Program-made: the position numbers and the translations under genes
NCBI GenBank assembly: GCA_965218425.1
Contig: OZ244621.1
Coordinates: 32,001 to 96,000 of the forward strand
Direction: 5' to 3'
DNA: 64,000 nt
Source: an uncultured Candidatus Binatia bacterium
GTDB taxonomy: Bacteria > Desulfobacterota > Binatia > UBA9968 > CAXXLF01
The notes under the pieces: model-generated
Databases searched by the model: none
The model's input: the letters and a program-made list of their open reading frames with translations, nothing else
Told to the model about the DNA's origin: nothing
Shown: one piece after another, positions 28,654-39,416 of the stretch
Position numbering within the stretch: the stretch's first letter is position 1
How the letters are laid out: each line of letters starts with the position of its first letter

Positions 28654-29781
28654 CTACTTTCTGAAGACCTTGTCCAATAGCTTGTCGGCCGGTCTCCGAT
28701 CCACAAACCTGGAGTCGTCCCCATCGAAATAAGGACGCCCTTCTACCCTGATCCGTTCCTCAGGAATCATATCTTTTGGGACGTCTATCCTGAGGGAATT
28801 GGGCCGTCTTCTTTTCAACACGTCTTTTCCCTCCTGCATGAGCAACTGGGCGTCACGGGAGAGGAGCCAATTCATGAATACCTTTGCCGCATTTGGATGA
28901 GTCGCCTTCTTGAGGAAACTCATGGTGTGACCGCCGGAAGTCAAAGTGCCACCTTCCTTGAGAGTATTGATCTGTCCCAGGGGAAGCCCCTGATCGATGG
29001 CGTCGCCTACCTCGGAGGTCGGACAGGGAAGACAGATGCTGAACCTGCCTTTGGCGAGCCAATCGATGGGCTGGCGATAGTCCCGGGCTATGGTCACCTT
29101 CTGACCGCCGTAGAGCCGTGTCATGAATTCGGGGCCCAGGGTGGGCATGTAGTACATGAACAGTAGCGGGGTGTCTGCTCCCCGCATTCTGGGATCCATG
29201 GCGGTAATTTTACCCTTCCACTTGGGATTGAGAAGATCTCTGTAAGACTTGAACTCCTTGGGATTCACCAACTTTGTATTGTAATTGATATTCACCCCGC
29301 CAGCGTTTCCCACGAAAACGAAAACATGCTTCGTTTGCGGGTCCAGATACTTGTGTCTTCCCTGCCACCATTTGGATTCATCCACCACGTCAGGAAGACT
29401 CAGATGAGGAGCGATGGGCTGCGTGAGATTATTAACGTACAAGGTGCCAAAATTCGAGCCCTTGCCGCCTATGAATATGTCTGGAATGTACTTACCCGCT
29501 CGGCGCTCCGCGATGATTTTTGGGCCCAGGAGCGATCCCCTGCCTGGCTCGAACTTCACATCAATTGCAGGGTAGGCCTTTTTGAAAGCCTTTAGCATTG
29601 AATAATACCCGCGGAACGGGTGACCTGCGTAAATGACAACCTTCCCTTCTTTTTGTGCTGCCCTAACAGTTGCCTGCCAGTCCTTCTCCTGAGCGAAAAT
29701 TGCATGGTTCGGCAACCCCATCAATATCGCATAAACGGTTAAAGAAACGGTCATCCTTACCAAGGCAATCCTAAATCTCAT
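28654..29781 (-). CDS. Extracellular solute-binding protein (Fe(III)/thiamine-type ABC SBP)
   Basis: Signal peptide, AQKEGKVVIY, DLLNPKWKGKI, HPNAAKVFMNWLLS. Confidence 0.85.
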   Translation of the reverse strand: MRFRIALVRMTVSLTVYAILMGLPNHAIFAQEKDWQATVRAAQKEGKVVIYAGHPFRGYYSMLKAFKKAYPAIDVKFEPGRGSLLGPKIIAERRAGKYIPDIFIGGKGSNFGTLYVNNLTQPIAPHLSLPDVVDESKWWQGRHKYLDPQTKHVFVFVGNAGGVNINYNTKLVNPKEFKSYRDLLNPKWKGKITAMDPRMRGADTPLLFMYYMPTLGPEFMTRLYGGQKVTIARDYRQPIDWLAKGRFSICLPCPTSEVGDAIDQGLPLGQINTLKEGGTLTSGGHTMSFLKKATHPNAAKVFMNWLLSRDAQLLMQEGKDVLKRRRPNSLRIDVPKDMIPEERIRVEGRPYFDGDDSRFVDRRPADKLLDKVFRK

Positions 29782-29817
29782 GTAAACGTCCTGCGAGCAA
29801 ACACGAATGAGGCTTCA

Positions 29818-30573
29818 CTATTTCTGAAGCAATTTTTTATAATAGCGCCAGAAGGAGGGTTCTCCCGTGGTGCTCGGCCCCTCAAGCCTTCTTCGCGCGC
29901 CCCTGGCCCACCGCTCCTGATATTCAATGATATCCCTGTCAGGAACCGGCTTGGGGGTCCCGATGGCATAGGCCATGTAGTTTATCCTGGCCAGCTCGAA
30001 TACGTTCAGGCTGATGGATGTGGACTCCTCAACGCTTTTTCCGGCGGTGGTCAAGCCGTGGCCCAGGAGAAGGCAGGCATTTTTCTCACCTATAACATTC
30101 ATGAAATCCTTGCCCAATTCTTCGTTGACGATGGTTACGGTGCGGGGATAGAGGGGGATGCCTTCCACACAGAGTTTCATGCATTGAGGGTTATAAGCGG
30201 CAAAGATGGGCAGCAGGGGTTTTTCCGCTGCAGTTAACGCCACCACCCAATCCGGATGAGTATGGATGACGCTCTGCACATCTTCCCTCTCCTTGAATAC
30301 GGCCAGATGCATGTCGGTCTCATGGGGCGCATCCAGCCCCTTTGCCGCCTCGATGACTTTCCCATTGATGTCAATGGTAATGATGTCGGTCTCGGTGGCA
30401 AATTGAAGGGCGGCCTCATCCGGCCCCTTGGATTTGATGAGAATCCTGTCAGTGCCCGGGATCCTTACGCTGACATGCCCGAAAGAACCCTGGGTGACAC
30501 CACGAAATCCCAATATGCGACATGAAAAGGCGACTTTCTTTTTCAGCTCTTTGATGGTTTGGGCTTTTGTCAT
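29818..30573 (-). CDS. Class II aldolase/adducin family protein
   Basis: GHVSVR, ETDMH, IHTHP, LLGHG; paralog of 27898..28644. Confidence 0.88.
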   Translation of the reverse strand: MTKAQTIKELKKKVAFSCRILGFRGVTQGSFGHVSVRIPGTDRILIKSKGPDEAALQFATETDIITIDINGKVIEAAKGLDAPHETDMHLAVFKEREDVQSVIHTHPDWVVALTAAEKPLLPIFAAYNPQCMKLCVEGIPLYPRTVTIVNEELGKDFMNVIGEKNACLLLGHGLTTAGKSVEESTSISLNVFELARINYMAYAIGTPKPVPDRDIIEYQERWARGARRRLEGPSTTGEPSFWRYYKKLLQK

Positions 30574-30603
30574 AGTTCCTCGCTCGTGAGCCGGACGTTT
30601 CTC

Positions 30604-31611
30604 CTAGTTGAGCTTCAGGTTAAAGAGTTTCTTGGCATTCTCTTCAAAAATCGCCTTACGATCCGCCTCACTCAACCACTCGATGCTCTCAATCACCGGC
30701 CTCAGATCATCCAGGTACCGCCCGGTGTCGGGATGAACGGCTGTCCCCGTGCCCGGCTTCTCCGTGCCGTACATACAGCGATCGACGCCCGCCACCTTGA
30801 AGAGCAGATCCAGCCCATCTTTCGAATAGAGGCAGGTATCAAAGTAGAGTTTCCGAATGGCGTCTTCAAATCTTTCACCGCCCCGCTGAAATCTCGGCGC
30901 CATGAAACGTCCCATCTGATAAGGAATGGCACCACCGCCGTGGGAGATGATGATCTTCAGCTTGGGGAAATCATGGAAGACCTTCGAGCTCAGTAGGGAC
31001 ATAATGGCAATGCTTTCTTCGTTGATGAAATGGAGGCTGTAGGTCAAGCGGGTGGACTGGCAGCTTGCCGTGTGTACGTGCCCGGGAACGTCCAATTCAA
31101 CCAACTTTTCGTAGAGTGGATACCAAAACTCATCTCCCATCCCTGGAGTTTCATCACCACCCCGCTCCCCGGGATCCGGATTAACGAGGCAGCCCACAAA
31201 GCCTAACTCCTTAACGGCGCGTTCCAATTCTGGAATACAGTTCTTTGGACTGACACCCGGGGACTGCGGGAGACCCGCCACTCCCTGAAAGACGTCCGGG
31301 TGGAGTTTGCATTGCCGAGCGATGATATTATTGGTCTCTTCGGCAAACCAGTGCACGAGCCTTTCCGGCTGTTTCCACATCATCTGTGAAAAGGGTCTTG
31401 GGGAGATCAGTTGAAAGCCAATCTGCCCTTGCTTGAGATGCTCCATGTGGGATTTCGAACCAAAGGTCGGACTATTGAGGATCTGTTCAATACGCTCGTC
31501 ACTCACATTGACTTTTCCACGACCATGGGCCCCGCGGCTGGACAGTAACCCAACGTGATAGGCCTGAAGCTCCGGTGGGGCGGTGGTGTGACCATGCATG
31601 TCAATCAACAT
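30604..31611 (-). CDS. Amidohydrolase family protein, LigJ-like
   Basis: IDMHGHTTAP, NPDP, YPLYEKLVELDVP, SHGGGAIPYQMGR, YGTE. Confidence 0.85.
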   Translation of the reverse strand: MLIDMHGHTTAPPELQAYHVGLLSSRGAHGRGKVNVSDERIEQILNSPTFGSKSHMEHLKQGQIGFQLISPRPFSQMMWKQPERLVHWFAEETNNIIARQCKLHPDVFQGVAGLPQSPGVSPKNCIPELERAVKELGFVGCLVNPDPGERGGDETPGMGDEFWYPLYEKLVELDVPGHVHTASCQSTRLTYSLHFINEESIAIMSLLSSKVFHDFPKLKIIISHGGGAIPYQMGRFMAPRFQRGGERFEDAIRKLYFDTCLYSKDGLDLLFKVAGVDRCMYGTEKPGTGTAVHPDTGRYLDDLRPVIESIEWLSEADRKAIFEENAKKLFNLKLN

Positions 31612-31809
31612 AAGAATCTCCTTATCTAAAGGGGAGAGAATTAAAGTCGTTTATAAAAGGCGGCTTATTGACGGTGGCTCTTTTTCCAACAAGCCGGTCG
31701 CTCTTGAAGTAGTATAGAGGGCGCCACGTTGTCAAGTAGCGAGGGTCAGCGGAAAGATGGCAGGCTTGACTAAGTAAGGACACTCGATTAGGGATGACAG
31801 GGTTTAGCC

Positions 31810-32706
31810 ATGGAGGATACAATCAAATTAGCCACCATCGAGACGGGGGGCACCTGGGGCCGGCTCGGCAATTGGCTCGCGGCCAGTCTAAAACCGGCTG
31901 GATTCGAAGTCCAAATGTTGAAGCGCGGCGGTGAGATCCCTGAGACGGCCTATCGGGTGGACAGCGGAGAGGCCGACCTGTCCGTAACCACCACCTTTGG
32001 AGCGCGTGAAGCGTACCTTGGCAGACCACCATATGAAAAACAACTTCGGATAAAAGGCATCGCCGAGATTCAGTACCCAAATCATTGGTTTGTCAATATG
32101 ATCAGGGCTGAGACAGGACTGTCTTCCTTTGACGACCTGGTGAGGGAGCGTCCGGCGCTCAGCCTTTGCCTCCCCTCGCCCACCATGCTTGTCTCGTACC
32201 CGGTGAAGGCCATATTCAGGCTCTTTGGCATGGATCCCTACACGGACATTCCAAAATGGGGTGGGGAGATTATTACCAATTTCAATACCGCACCTGAACT
32301 CATTGCAACGGGGCGTGCCGATGGTCTGTTCCGGGAGAACAGCCCCACCCGCTACGATATCTCTCAGCAGGCTGAAATGAGATTCTTTCAACTGACTGAA
32401 CAGCAGGTGCAACAGGTTGCGGATGAAATGGGCATGAAAACGGGCCTCATCGAGGCGAAGACCTATGAGCACCAGCACGAGAAAATCCGCACCCTCGACG
32501 CAGAAGGATTTACCATTTTCGCACGCAGCGATCTACCGCCAGAGATGGGTTACCGTATCGCCAGGGCAATCGATCACCATACCGCAACCCATTACATCAG
32601 CTCGTCTACTTTTTATTCACCGCGCTTTGCCGTTCATACCGGTGTGCCGCTGCTAGAAGGCGCGGCAAGATATTACCGCGAGTGCGGTTATCTCCCGACA
32701 TCCTAG
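31810..32706 (+). CDS. TAXI-type solute-binding-fold protein without signal peptide
   Basis: LATIETGGTW start, GEADL, FARSDLP...YRIARA, VPLLEGAARYYRECG C-terminal TAXI signature. Confidence 0.7.
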   Translation: MEDTIKLATIETGGTWGRLGNWLAASLKPAGFEVQMLKRGGEIPETAYRVDSGEADLSVTTTFGAREAYLGRPPYEKQLRIKGIAEIQYPNHWFVNMIRAETGLSSFDDLVRERPALSLCLPSPTMLVSYPVKAIFRLFGMDPYTDIPKWGGEIITNFNTAPELIATGRADGLFRENSPTRYDISQQAEMRFFQLTEQQVQQVADEMGMKTGLIEAKTYEHQHEKIRTLDAEGFTIFARSDLPPEMGYRIARAIDHHTATHYISSSTFYSPRFAVHTGVPLLEGAARYYRECGYLPTS

Positions 32707-32810
32707 AATTTGTTTAAATACAGTCCTAATGTGTGCGACGAGAAAAGAAAACGGTCCCCATGAAAGCGCAATGTCTGTTGTTATGGGTAGACCGAAGGCG
32801 GAATTCAGCG

Positions 32811-34121
32811 TTACTCTGCGCTACGTCTCCCCGGCGCCTCGCCTTTTGTGGGTTGCTGTCCCTCGCTGAGCTGAGCCTTTTTCCTAGTGGCATCCCTGGA
32901 AAGCTCTAAAATCATCTTGCGAAAAATAGTGAGCTGGGAGTCCGTGGGGGCGAGGTGCTCCGGGGTCCAGAACCGGCAGGAGGCGGCTCCCCTGCCGTCT
33001 TGGCTGCTGAAATTGTATTCCAGTGGATTTCGAATTAGAGCGAAGTGCAGTTTTCTCCAAAGGCGGCTGATTCCGTTATGAGCCTGAGGGAAATAGAAAT
33101 AAATGATGCGCGACAGGTTGGGTCCCACGGGAACCGCGTACCTCGTAGTACCGCCACCCGTACGGACCACGCTGGGGAGGTGATGCCCCTGCCTCCATTC
33201 CTCGTATTTTTCGAAGGGGCTGCGATTTCCCGACCTCCTGAATCGTTTAAAAAACCATTGCCAGAGTAAACGCCATCGACGAAGTGGCCACACCCCGTCC
33301 ACGCCGGGGTAATACATCTGGTAGGGGACTTTACCGTCTTTAGCGTAATAGTTCGCTCCCGCGTGGGTAGTCACCAACCCCCTCCCATTAACGATTTGCC
33401 CCTGGGCGTTGACGGGGGTGCGAGTCCGGCCCGGAGATATTCCCGTCAACTGGTTGATGGAATTTCGATGAAGGTAGAGGGCATTGTGGGAGTCGCTATG
33501 GTTCTCGATGGCTAAAAGCCAATTGAGAGGCCAGTAGGTATAGGAGCTGAGCACAACTCTATTGTGTTCGAAAAACTCCGGTGGAATGTCCTCTTCCATG
33601 GGAGCCGGCTTGCCCTCCCCCATCCATATAAATACCCACCCATGCAGTGTCCGGGTTGTATAGGTCCGCGCCTTAAGGTTGCCCACCATCTTGGAATCCG
33701 GTCCCTCCGGAATGAAGGCAACACATTCTCCATGGCGGTCAAAGGTTGCCCCATGGTAGGGGCAGGAAAGAAAACCCCGATAAAAACAGGCCCCCTCGCT
33801 CAGGCTGGCGCCCCGGTGCGGGCAGATATCAGATAATGCCACCACCTCTCCCAGCTTATCCCTGAAGAGTACCAGGTCGTCTCCTAGCATCTTCCAATAA
33901 ACGGGTTTCTTAGCCACTTTCTTTGCGGGTAGCGCAGGATACCAGTACTCGCGCAATCCCAGGGGGGGAATGCCGCTGCGAGGGTCTTCACCCGGCTCGG
34001 CGGATTCGGACCTGGAGAAATGGGCTCTGGGCAAAGTCGGCGGTAAGGGTATACCCCTGGGCCTGTGTTCCAGGATCTCCCTCTCCGTTCTCCTTTCATA
34101 TCTCCTGATCCATGCACCCAT
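32811..34121 (-). CDS. Rieske non-heme iron oxygenase with a divergent catalytic domain
   Basis: GLREYWYP, CPHRG...CPYHG, IENHSDSHNALYLH, SQD. Confidence 0.85.
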   Translation of the reverse strand: MGAWIRRYERRTEREILEHRPRGIPLPPTLPRAHFSRSESAEPGEDPRSGIPPLGLREYWYPALPAKKVAKKPVYWKMLGDDLVLFRDKLGEVVALSDICPHRGASLSEGACFYRGFLSCPYHGATFDRHGECVAFIPEGPDSKMVGNLKARTYTTRTLHGWVFIWMGEGKPAPMEEDIPPEFFEHNRVVLSSYTYWPLNWLLAIENHSDSHNALYLHRNSINQLTGISPGRTRTPVNAQGQIVNGRGLVTTHAGANYYAKDGKVPYQMYYPGVDGVWPLRRWRLLWQWFFKRFRRSGNRSPFEKYEEWRQGHHLPSVVRTGGGTTRYAVPVGPNLSRIIYFYFPQAHNGISRLWRKLHFALIRNPLEYNFSSQDGRGAASCRFWTPEHLAPTDSQLTIFRKMILELSRDATRKKAQLSEGQQPTKGEAPGRRSAE

Positions 34122-34160
34122 GGTTCGTTTCCCTTTGCCACAAGAATGAGCCCGGTACTG

Positions 34161-35324
34161 CTAGTTCAAGAAACGCTCATCATAGGGGATCCCCGGCCTC
34201 AACAGTTCGGGCCCTCTTTGGCCAATGACGATGATCTCTTCCAGCTTCACGGCCTGAGTCGCACCCACCTCGCCCATATAACATTCCACCGCGATGAGCT
34301 GATTGGGTTCCAAAAAGGCGTCCGCCTGGGCCTTCTTCTTGGTGATGTGCGGATAACCCGAAGATCCCAATCCCATGCCATGGCCGATATTGTAATTGTA
34401 TAGCTGCGCCCTGTACTTCTCCGGGACCTGCGGCGCTTTTTCCAACACCTCGGCAAAAGAGCGACCGCACTGAAAGACATCAACGGCTCCCAGTAAATAA
34501 TCGTAAGCGAGTTTATAGAGATCTCGCTGTTCGCTACTTGGCCGGTCACCCACGAAGAAGGTCCGCGACCCATCACCGCGCAAACCATTAAAACCACGCC
34601 CATGGAGATCTATACCCACGAACTCTCCTTCTTTGAGCCGACGCTCGGTGGGCCAGCGGCGCCACGGATTCATGTTCTCTCCCGAGCATACATTGAGCTG
34701 CGCGATATCCTCTCCTCCGGCTTCATACCAAGCGGTCACCACCTTTGCCGCCAGTTCGTTCTCGCTAATGCCCGGACGAATCGCCTTACGAAACGCGTTC
34801 ATGGTCTGGAAGTACTGTTCTCCAACGACACGATAGATGGCCAGCTCGTCCCGTGTCTTTACCGCCCCGGCGTGCTCAATCACGGGCTCTGCGTTGGCTA
34901 GACGGATTCCCGCCCCATGCAATGAGAGGATGAGGGAACTTGAAAGGCGGTCCACAGCCAGCACCTCCTTGGCCAGCCCGTACTTTTTCATAAGATCCAT
35001 GATGGCCAGGCCGAAACGCTTGACCTCGTCAGGGTTGGAGCCGTCACGTGCGGCATCTCGCCGATAGAGAGGTTCCTGTACGTTAGCATGGTGCCTCTTA
35101 ACGTATCCCACGTCCCGCCCCCGGATAAAGGCGAGCACCTCACCTTCCGCCGGCACAAAGAGCTCACCACCCGGCACCTTTTGATTGAGCAGATACCGTC
35201 CGGCTACGGTATTGTCGCACAGATACATGGCCCCGATGCCGCGCCGTTTCATCTGGGCCTGGGCTCGGACGAGACGGTCCCGCTTGAGTCGTTGGTCGTC
35301 CCACGTTCTAGTGACATCCATCAT
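34161..35324 (-). CDS. M24 (Xaa-Pro peptidase/pita-bread) family protein, DddP-like subgroup
   Basis: VKTRDE, SGENMNPW, IDLHG...GDGSRT, GHGMG, AVECY, VKLEE. Confidence 0.8.
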   Translation of the reverse strand: MMDVTRTWDDQRLKRDRLVRAQAQMKRRGIGAMYLCDNTVAGRYLLNQKVPGGELFVPAEGEVLAFIRGRDVGYVKRHHANVQEPLYRRDAARDGSNPDEVKRFGLAIMDLMKKYGLAKEVLAVDRLSSSLILSLHGAGIRLANAEPVIEHAGAVKTRDELAIYRVVGEQYFQTMNAFRKAIRPGISENELAAKVVTAWYEAGGEDIAQLNVCSGENMNPWRRWPTERRLKEGEFVGIDLHGRGFNGLRGDGSRTFFVGDRPSSEQRDLYKLAYDYLLGAVDVFQCGRSFAEVLEKAPQVPEKYRAQLYNYNIGHGMGLGSSGYPHITKKKAQADAFLEPNQLIAVECYMGEVGATQAVKLEEIIVIGQRGPELLRPGIPYDERFLN

Positions 35325-35416
35325 TGACGTTGTTTCTCCTTGTTGTGTCGAAATGGGGTGTCGGACCATGTGTGCTTTGCATGGACTTCAAGGGATGTGA
35401 AGTGAGACCTGCGGAA

Positions 35417-35845
35417 TCAAGCCACCGGATCATTTAGACCCTCCAGGGCCTGGGCCACCCAAAATTGCAGGTCTTCCGGAGACGGTCCAGCAACTCCAAC
35501 GCCGCCAATCAACTTCCCTTTGACAATCAAAGGGATGCCCCCCGGCCCCACCCAGAACTCGCCCGGATACATAGCCGACAGGCCGATGATGTTGTAGTTG
35601 CCGGGATGGCCAGCGAATTGATCGCGTACGGACTGGGTGTTCTTTTTAAATGCCACTGCAGTCTTAGCCTTGGCAACCGCGACTTTTTCACCGAACCCGA
35701 CCCTTTTCTCTCCTGTACGGGCGTAGGCCACAAGACTCCCCGCATCGTCAACCACGGCAATGGAAACATCCACCCCCGCCTCTTTAGCCTTGAGCTTGAT
35801 CTTGCCGATACATTCTTCCGCGAAGGTTAAGGTCATTTTTGCCAT
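35417..35845 (-). CDS. GlcG/HbpS family heme-binding protein
   Basis: VSIAVVDDAG, AKAKTA, GGIPL...IGGVGVAG. Confidence 0.85.
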   Translation of the reverse strand: MAKMTLTFAEECIGKIKLKAKEAGVDVSIAVVDDAGSLVAYARTGEKRVGFGEKVAVAKAKTAVAFKKNTQSVRDQFAGHPGNYNIIGLSAMYPGEFWVGPGGIPLIVKGKLIGGVGVAGPSPEDLQFWVAQALEGLNDPVA

Positions 35846-35942
35846 GGAAGCGCTCCATTGCCCATCAACGCAACAGTCTGCGGTGTTTCGAGGAGGTTAC
35901 TCTATTAAAATGACCGGGTTATTTCAAGGCGCAGGTACGCGC

Positions 35943-36404
35943 CTAGATGGATTGAAATCGTTCTACACCGGCGCATATGTTGAAGCTGCTACCCCGCACG
36001 AATCCCAAGAGGATCATGTTGAAGTTGTTGGCTAGGTCCACCGCCAGGTTTGAAGGAGCGCTCACCGCTGCAACAACAGGGATACTTCCCATGAGGGCCT
36101 TTTGCATGATCTCAAAACTAGCCCTGCCGCTCACCATCAGTATAGAGTCGTGGAGGGGCAGTCTATTCTTGGTCAGTTGTTCCCCAATCACCTTGTCCAC
36201 GGCATTGTGCCTTCCCACGTCCTCGTAGAGAGTGATCAGGTTCCCGAATCCATCAAAGAGACCTGCTGCATGCAGGCCACCGGTTTGCTGAAATACCTCT
36301 TATGCGGGCTGGAGTCGTTCTGCCGCCAGTTTAGCAGTGGCACCGCACCCGAACCCTATTTCGGAAACCCTGAGACCGGTTCTTCCAAGCCTCCGATACT
36401 CCAC
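35943..36404 (-). pseudogene. fdhD: Chimeric remnant: aldo/keto reductase N-terminus fused to the FdhD C-terminal half, with an internal TAA
   Basis: Reads MEYRRLGRTGLRVSEIGFGCG...LQPA*EVFQQTGGLHAAGLF...EDVGRHNAVDK...SGRASFE...SAPS; stop at 36300-36302. Confidence 0.85.
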
Positions 36405-36487
36405 GATGGTTAACCTCCGAACATCGATGATGAATTCAGTCCTTGGGAGATGGTTATCTTAACTGTGTTATTTTCCTGGGATCAGGA

Positions 36488-37606
<1,119 letters not shown>

Positions 37607-37615
37607 TTAACTCCA

Positions 37616-38095
37616 TTAAACATCCAGTTCCACAATTTCAGGATCCATGGATTGGCCGTTGATCTGGAGCCGGGCAACGGCAACTGGAAGCTTGAACCGT
37701 CGTGGCCCGGCGCTACCCGGATTGAGAAACATGACTCCGTTGTGATGGGTAATCCAGGGTTGATGGGAGTGGCCACTGATTACGACACCAAACCTCGACT
37801 TTGCCGGGTCCAGGTCCAGCCTCTTGAGATCGTGGAGAACGTAGATGAGCATCCGGTCTAATTCAACGACTTCCGTTTGCTGAAAATCCCGCGCCCAATC
37901 ACCCTGATCGACGTTCCCCCGAATAGCCACCACAGGAGCAATGGATTGTAGTGTTTCGATTACCTCTCGTTTGCCGATGTCCCCGGCATGAATGACCAAC
38001 TCCGCACCTTTCAGTGCCAGGAGAGCTTCAGGTCTTACCAGTCCATGGGTATCCGAGATCACTCCTATAAAGCGTTTTCCCATTTTTATAACCAT
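37616..38095 (-). CDS. Metallophosphoesterase (YfcE/MJ0936-like)
   Basis: SDTHG, HAGD, GNVD, GHSH, NPGS. Confidence 0.9.
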   Translation of the reverse strand: MVIKMGKRFIGVISDTHGLVRPEALLALKGAELVIHAGDIGKREVIETLQSIAPVVAIRGNVDQGDWARDFQQTEVVELDRMLIYVLHDLKRLDLDPAKSRFGVVISGHSHQPWITHHNGVMFLNPGSAGPRRFKLPVAVARLQINGQSMDPEIVELDV

Positions 38096-38141
38096 TAGTG
38101 GGTAGGCCTAACCCACCTGGGCATATCATTAGCTGGAGTGG

Positions 38142-39380
38142 TCAATCGTTGAGCATCTCAAGATGCTGTCTGAGGGCGTTTAGATTCGGCGCTATGGGCT
38201 TGATCTCCTCTTTGGGGTCCATGACAGCGGACGGTTGCTTGAGACCATGACCGGTGATGTTGCAAATGACCGTATCATTCTGACCTATGGTTCCCTCTTG
38301 CCGCAGTCGCCGTGCTGCGGCCAACGAAATAGCCCCTGCGGGCTCCGCAAAAACGCCGGCAAAACGTCCCAAAAGTAACTGCGCTTCCAGGATTTCTTCG
38401 TCGCTGAAAGAAACGGCCGTTCCTTTGGATGCTCGAATAGCGTTCAGGGCACGCCACCCCATAGCACTGGGATTACCCACCTTGATGCTCTCCGCCACGG
38501 TCTCCCCAACTGTAACCGGCTCGGTTTTCGTTTCGCCCTTTTCAAATGCGAGTGTGATGGGGGCGGCAGCCTGGCTTTGTGCAGCAACGAGTCTCGGCAA
38601 CCGATGGGCCCAACCGAGTCCGTTGAGCTCCTGATAGCCCTTCCAAATGGCATAGAGTCCCGTTCCTCCCGCGCTTGGATGGATGATCCAATGGGGGACA
38701 TGTTCGTCCATCTGATCAAAAAGCTCATAGGCATAGGATTTTTTACCCTCGTTGCGATAGGGGTTGGAGGATAAACAGTCATACCAGCCGAAGCATTCGA
38801 TGGCGGCGCTGTAAAGATTTGCCCCATCATTGTCCAGGTCCCCGTCCAGGGAAACCACGGTGGCACCATAGGCCCGCGCCTGGGTGATCTTAGCCGTGGA
38901 TATGCCGTGGGGAACCATCACCACACAGTTCAGACCAGCGGCGGCGGCATAGGCCGCAACCGATGCGGCCGCATTTCCTGTGGAGATGGCCACTGCGGTC
39001 TCGAAGCCAAGCTCCTTTGCTTTTGAGAGGCCTACAGCATTGCTCCGGTCCTTGAGGGAGCCCGTGGGTAGGACCGTATCGTTCTTTAGATAAAGGCGGC
39101 TCAATCCCAATTCTTGGGAAAGGCGCTTCGGTTTCAGCAGAGGCGTGTAGCCTTCCCCTAGAGAGACAATGCGCGTACGGCTCTGAATGGGAAAAAAATC
39201 GAACCAGCGCCATAGGGTATGGTCCGTAGACTTGCGAATTTCTGTCAGGTGAGATCGAGTCAGATGGGATAAATCTACCATTACTTCGAGAACGGAGGAA
39301 CAGGAGGGGCACTGGAAGGTGGTTTTCGATTTCGACTCTTCACCGCATTTCGGGCACTTTATCGTTTTAACTAGCCCCAT
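38142..39380 (-). CDS. thrC: Threonine synthase (fold-type II PLP enzyme)
   Basis: N-terminal CxxC...CxxC, SLGEGYTP, PTGSLKDR, STGN, ITGHGLK. Confidence 0.8.
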   Translation of the reverse strand: MGLVKTIKCPKCGEESKSKTTFQCPSCSSVLEVMVDLSHLTRSHLTEIRKSTDHTLWRWFDFFPIQSRTRIVSLGEGYTPLLKPKRLSQELGLSRLYLKNDTVLPTGSLKDRSNAVGLSKAKELGFETAVAISTGNAAASVAAYAAAAGLNCVVMVPHGISTAKITQARAYGATVVSLDGDLDNDGANLYSAAIECFGWYDCLSSNPYRNEGKKSYAYELFDQMDEHVPHWIIHPSAGGTGLYAIWKGYQELNGLGWAHRLPRLVAAQSQAAAPITLAFEKGETKTEPVTVGETVAESIKVGNPSAMGWRALNAIRASKGTAVSFSDEEILEAQLLLGRFAGVFAEPAGAISLAAARRLRQEGTIGQNDTVICNITGHGLKQPSAVMDPKEEIKPIAPNLNALRQHLEMLND

Positions 39381-39416
39381 GGTTCCCTTCCTTTGTCTCA
39401 GTCCACAGTTAAAAAT

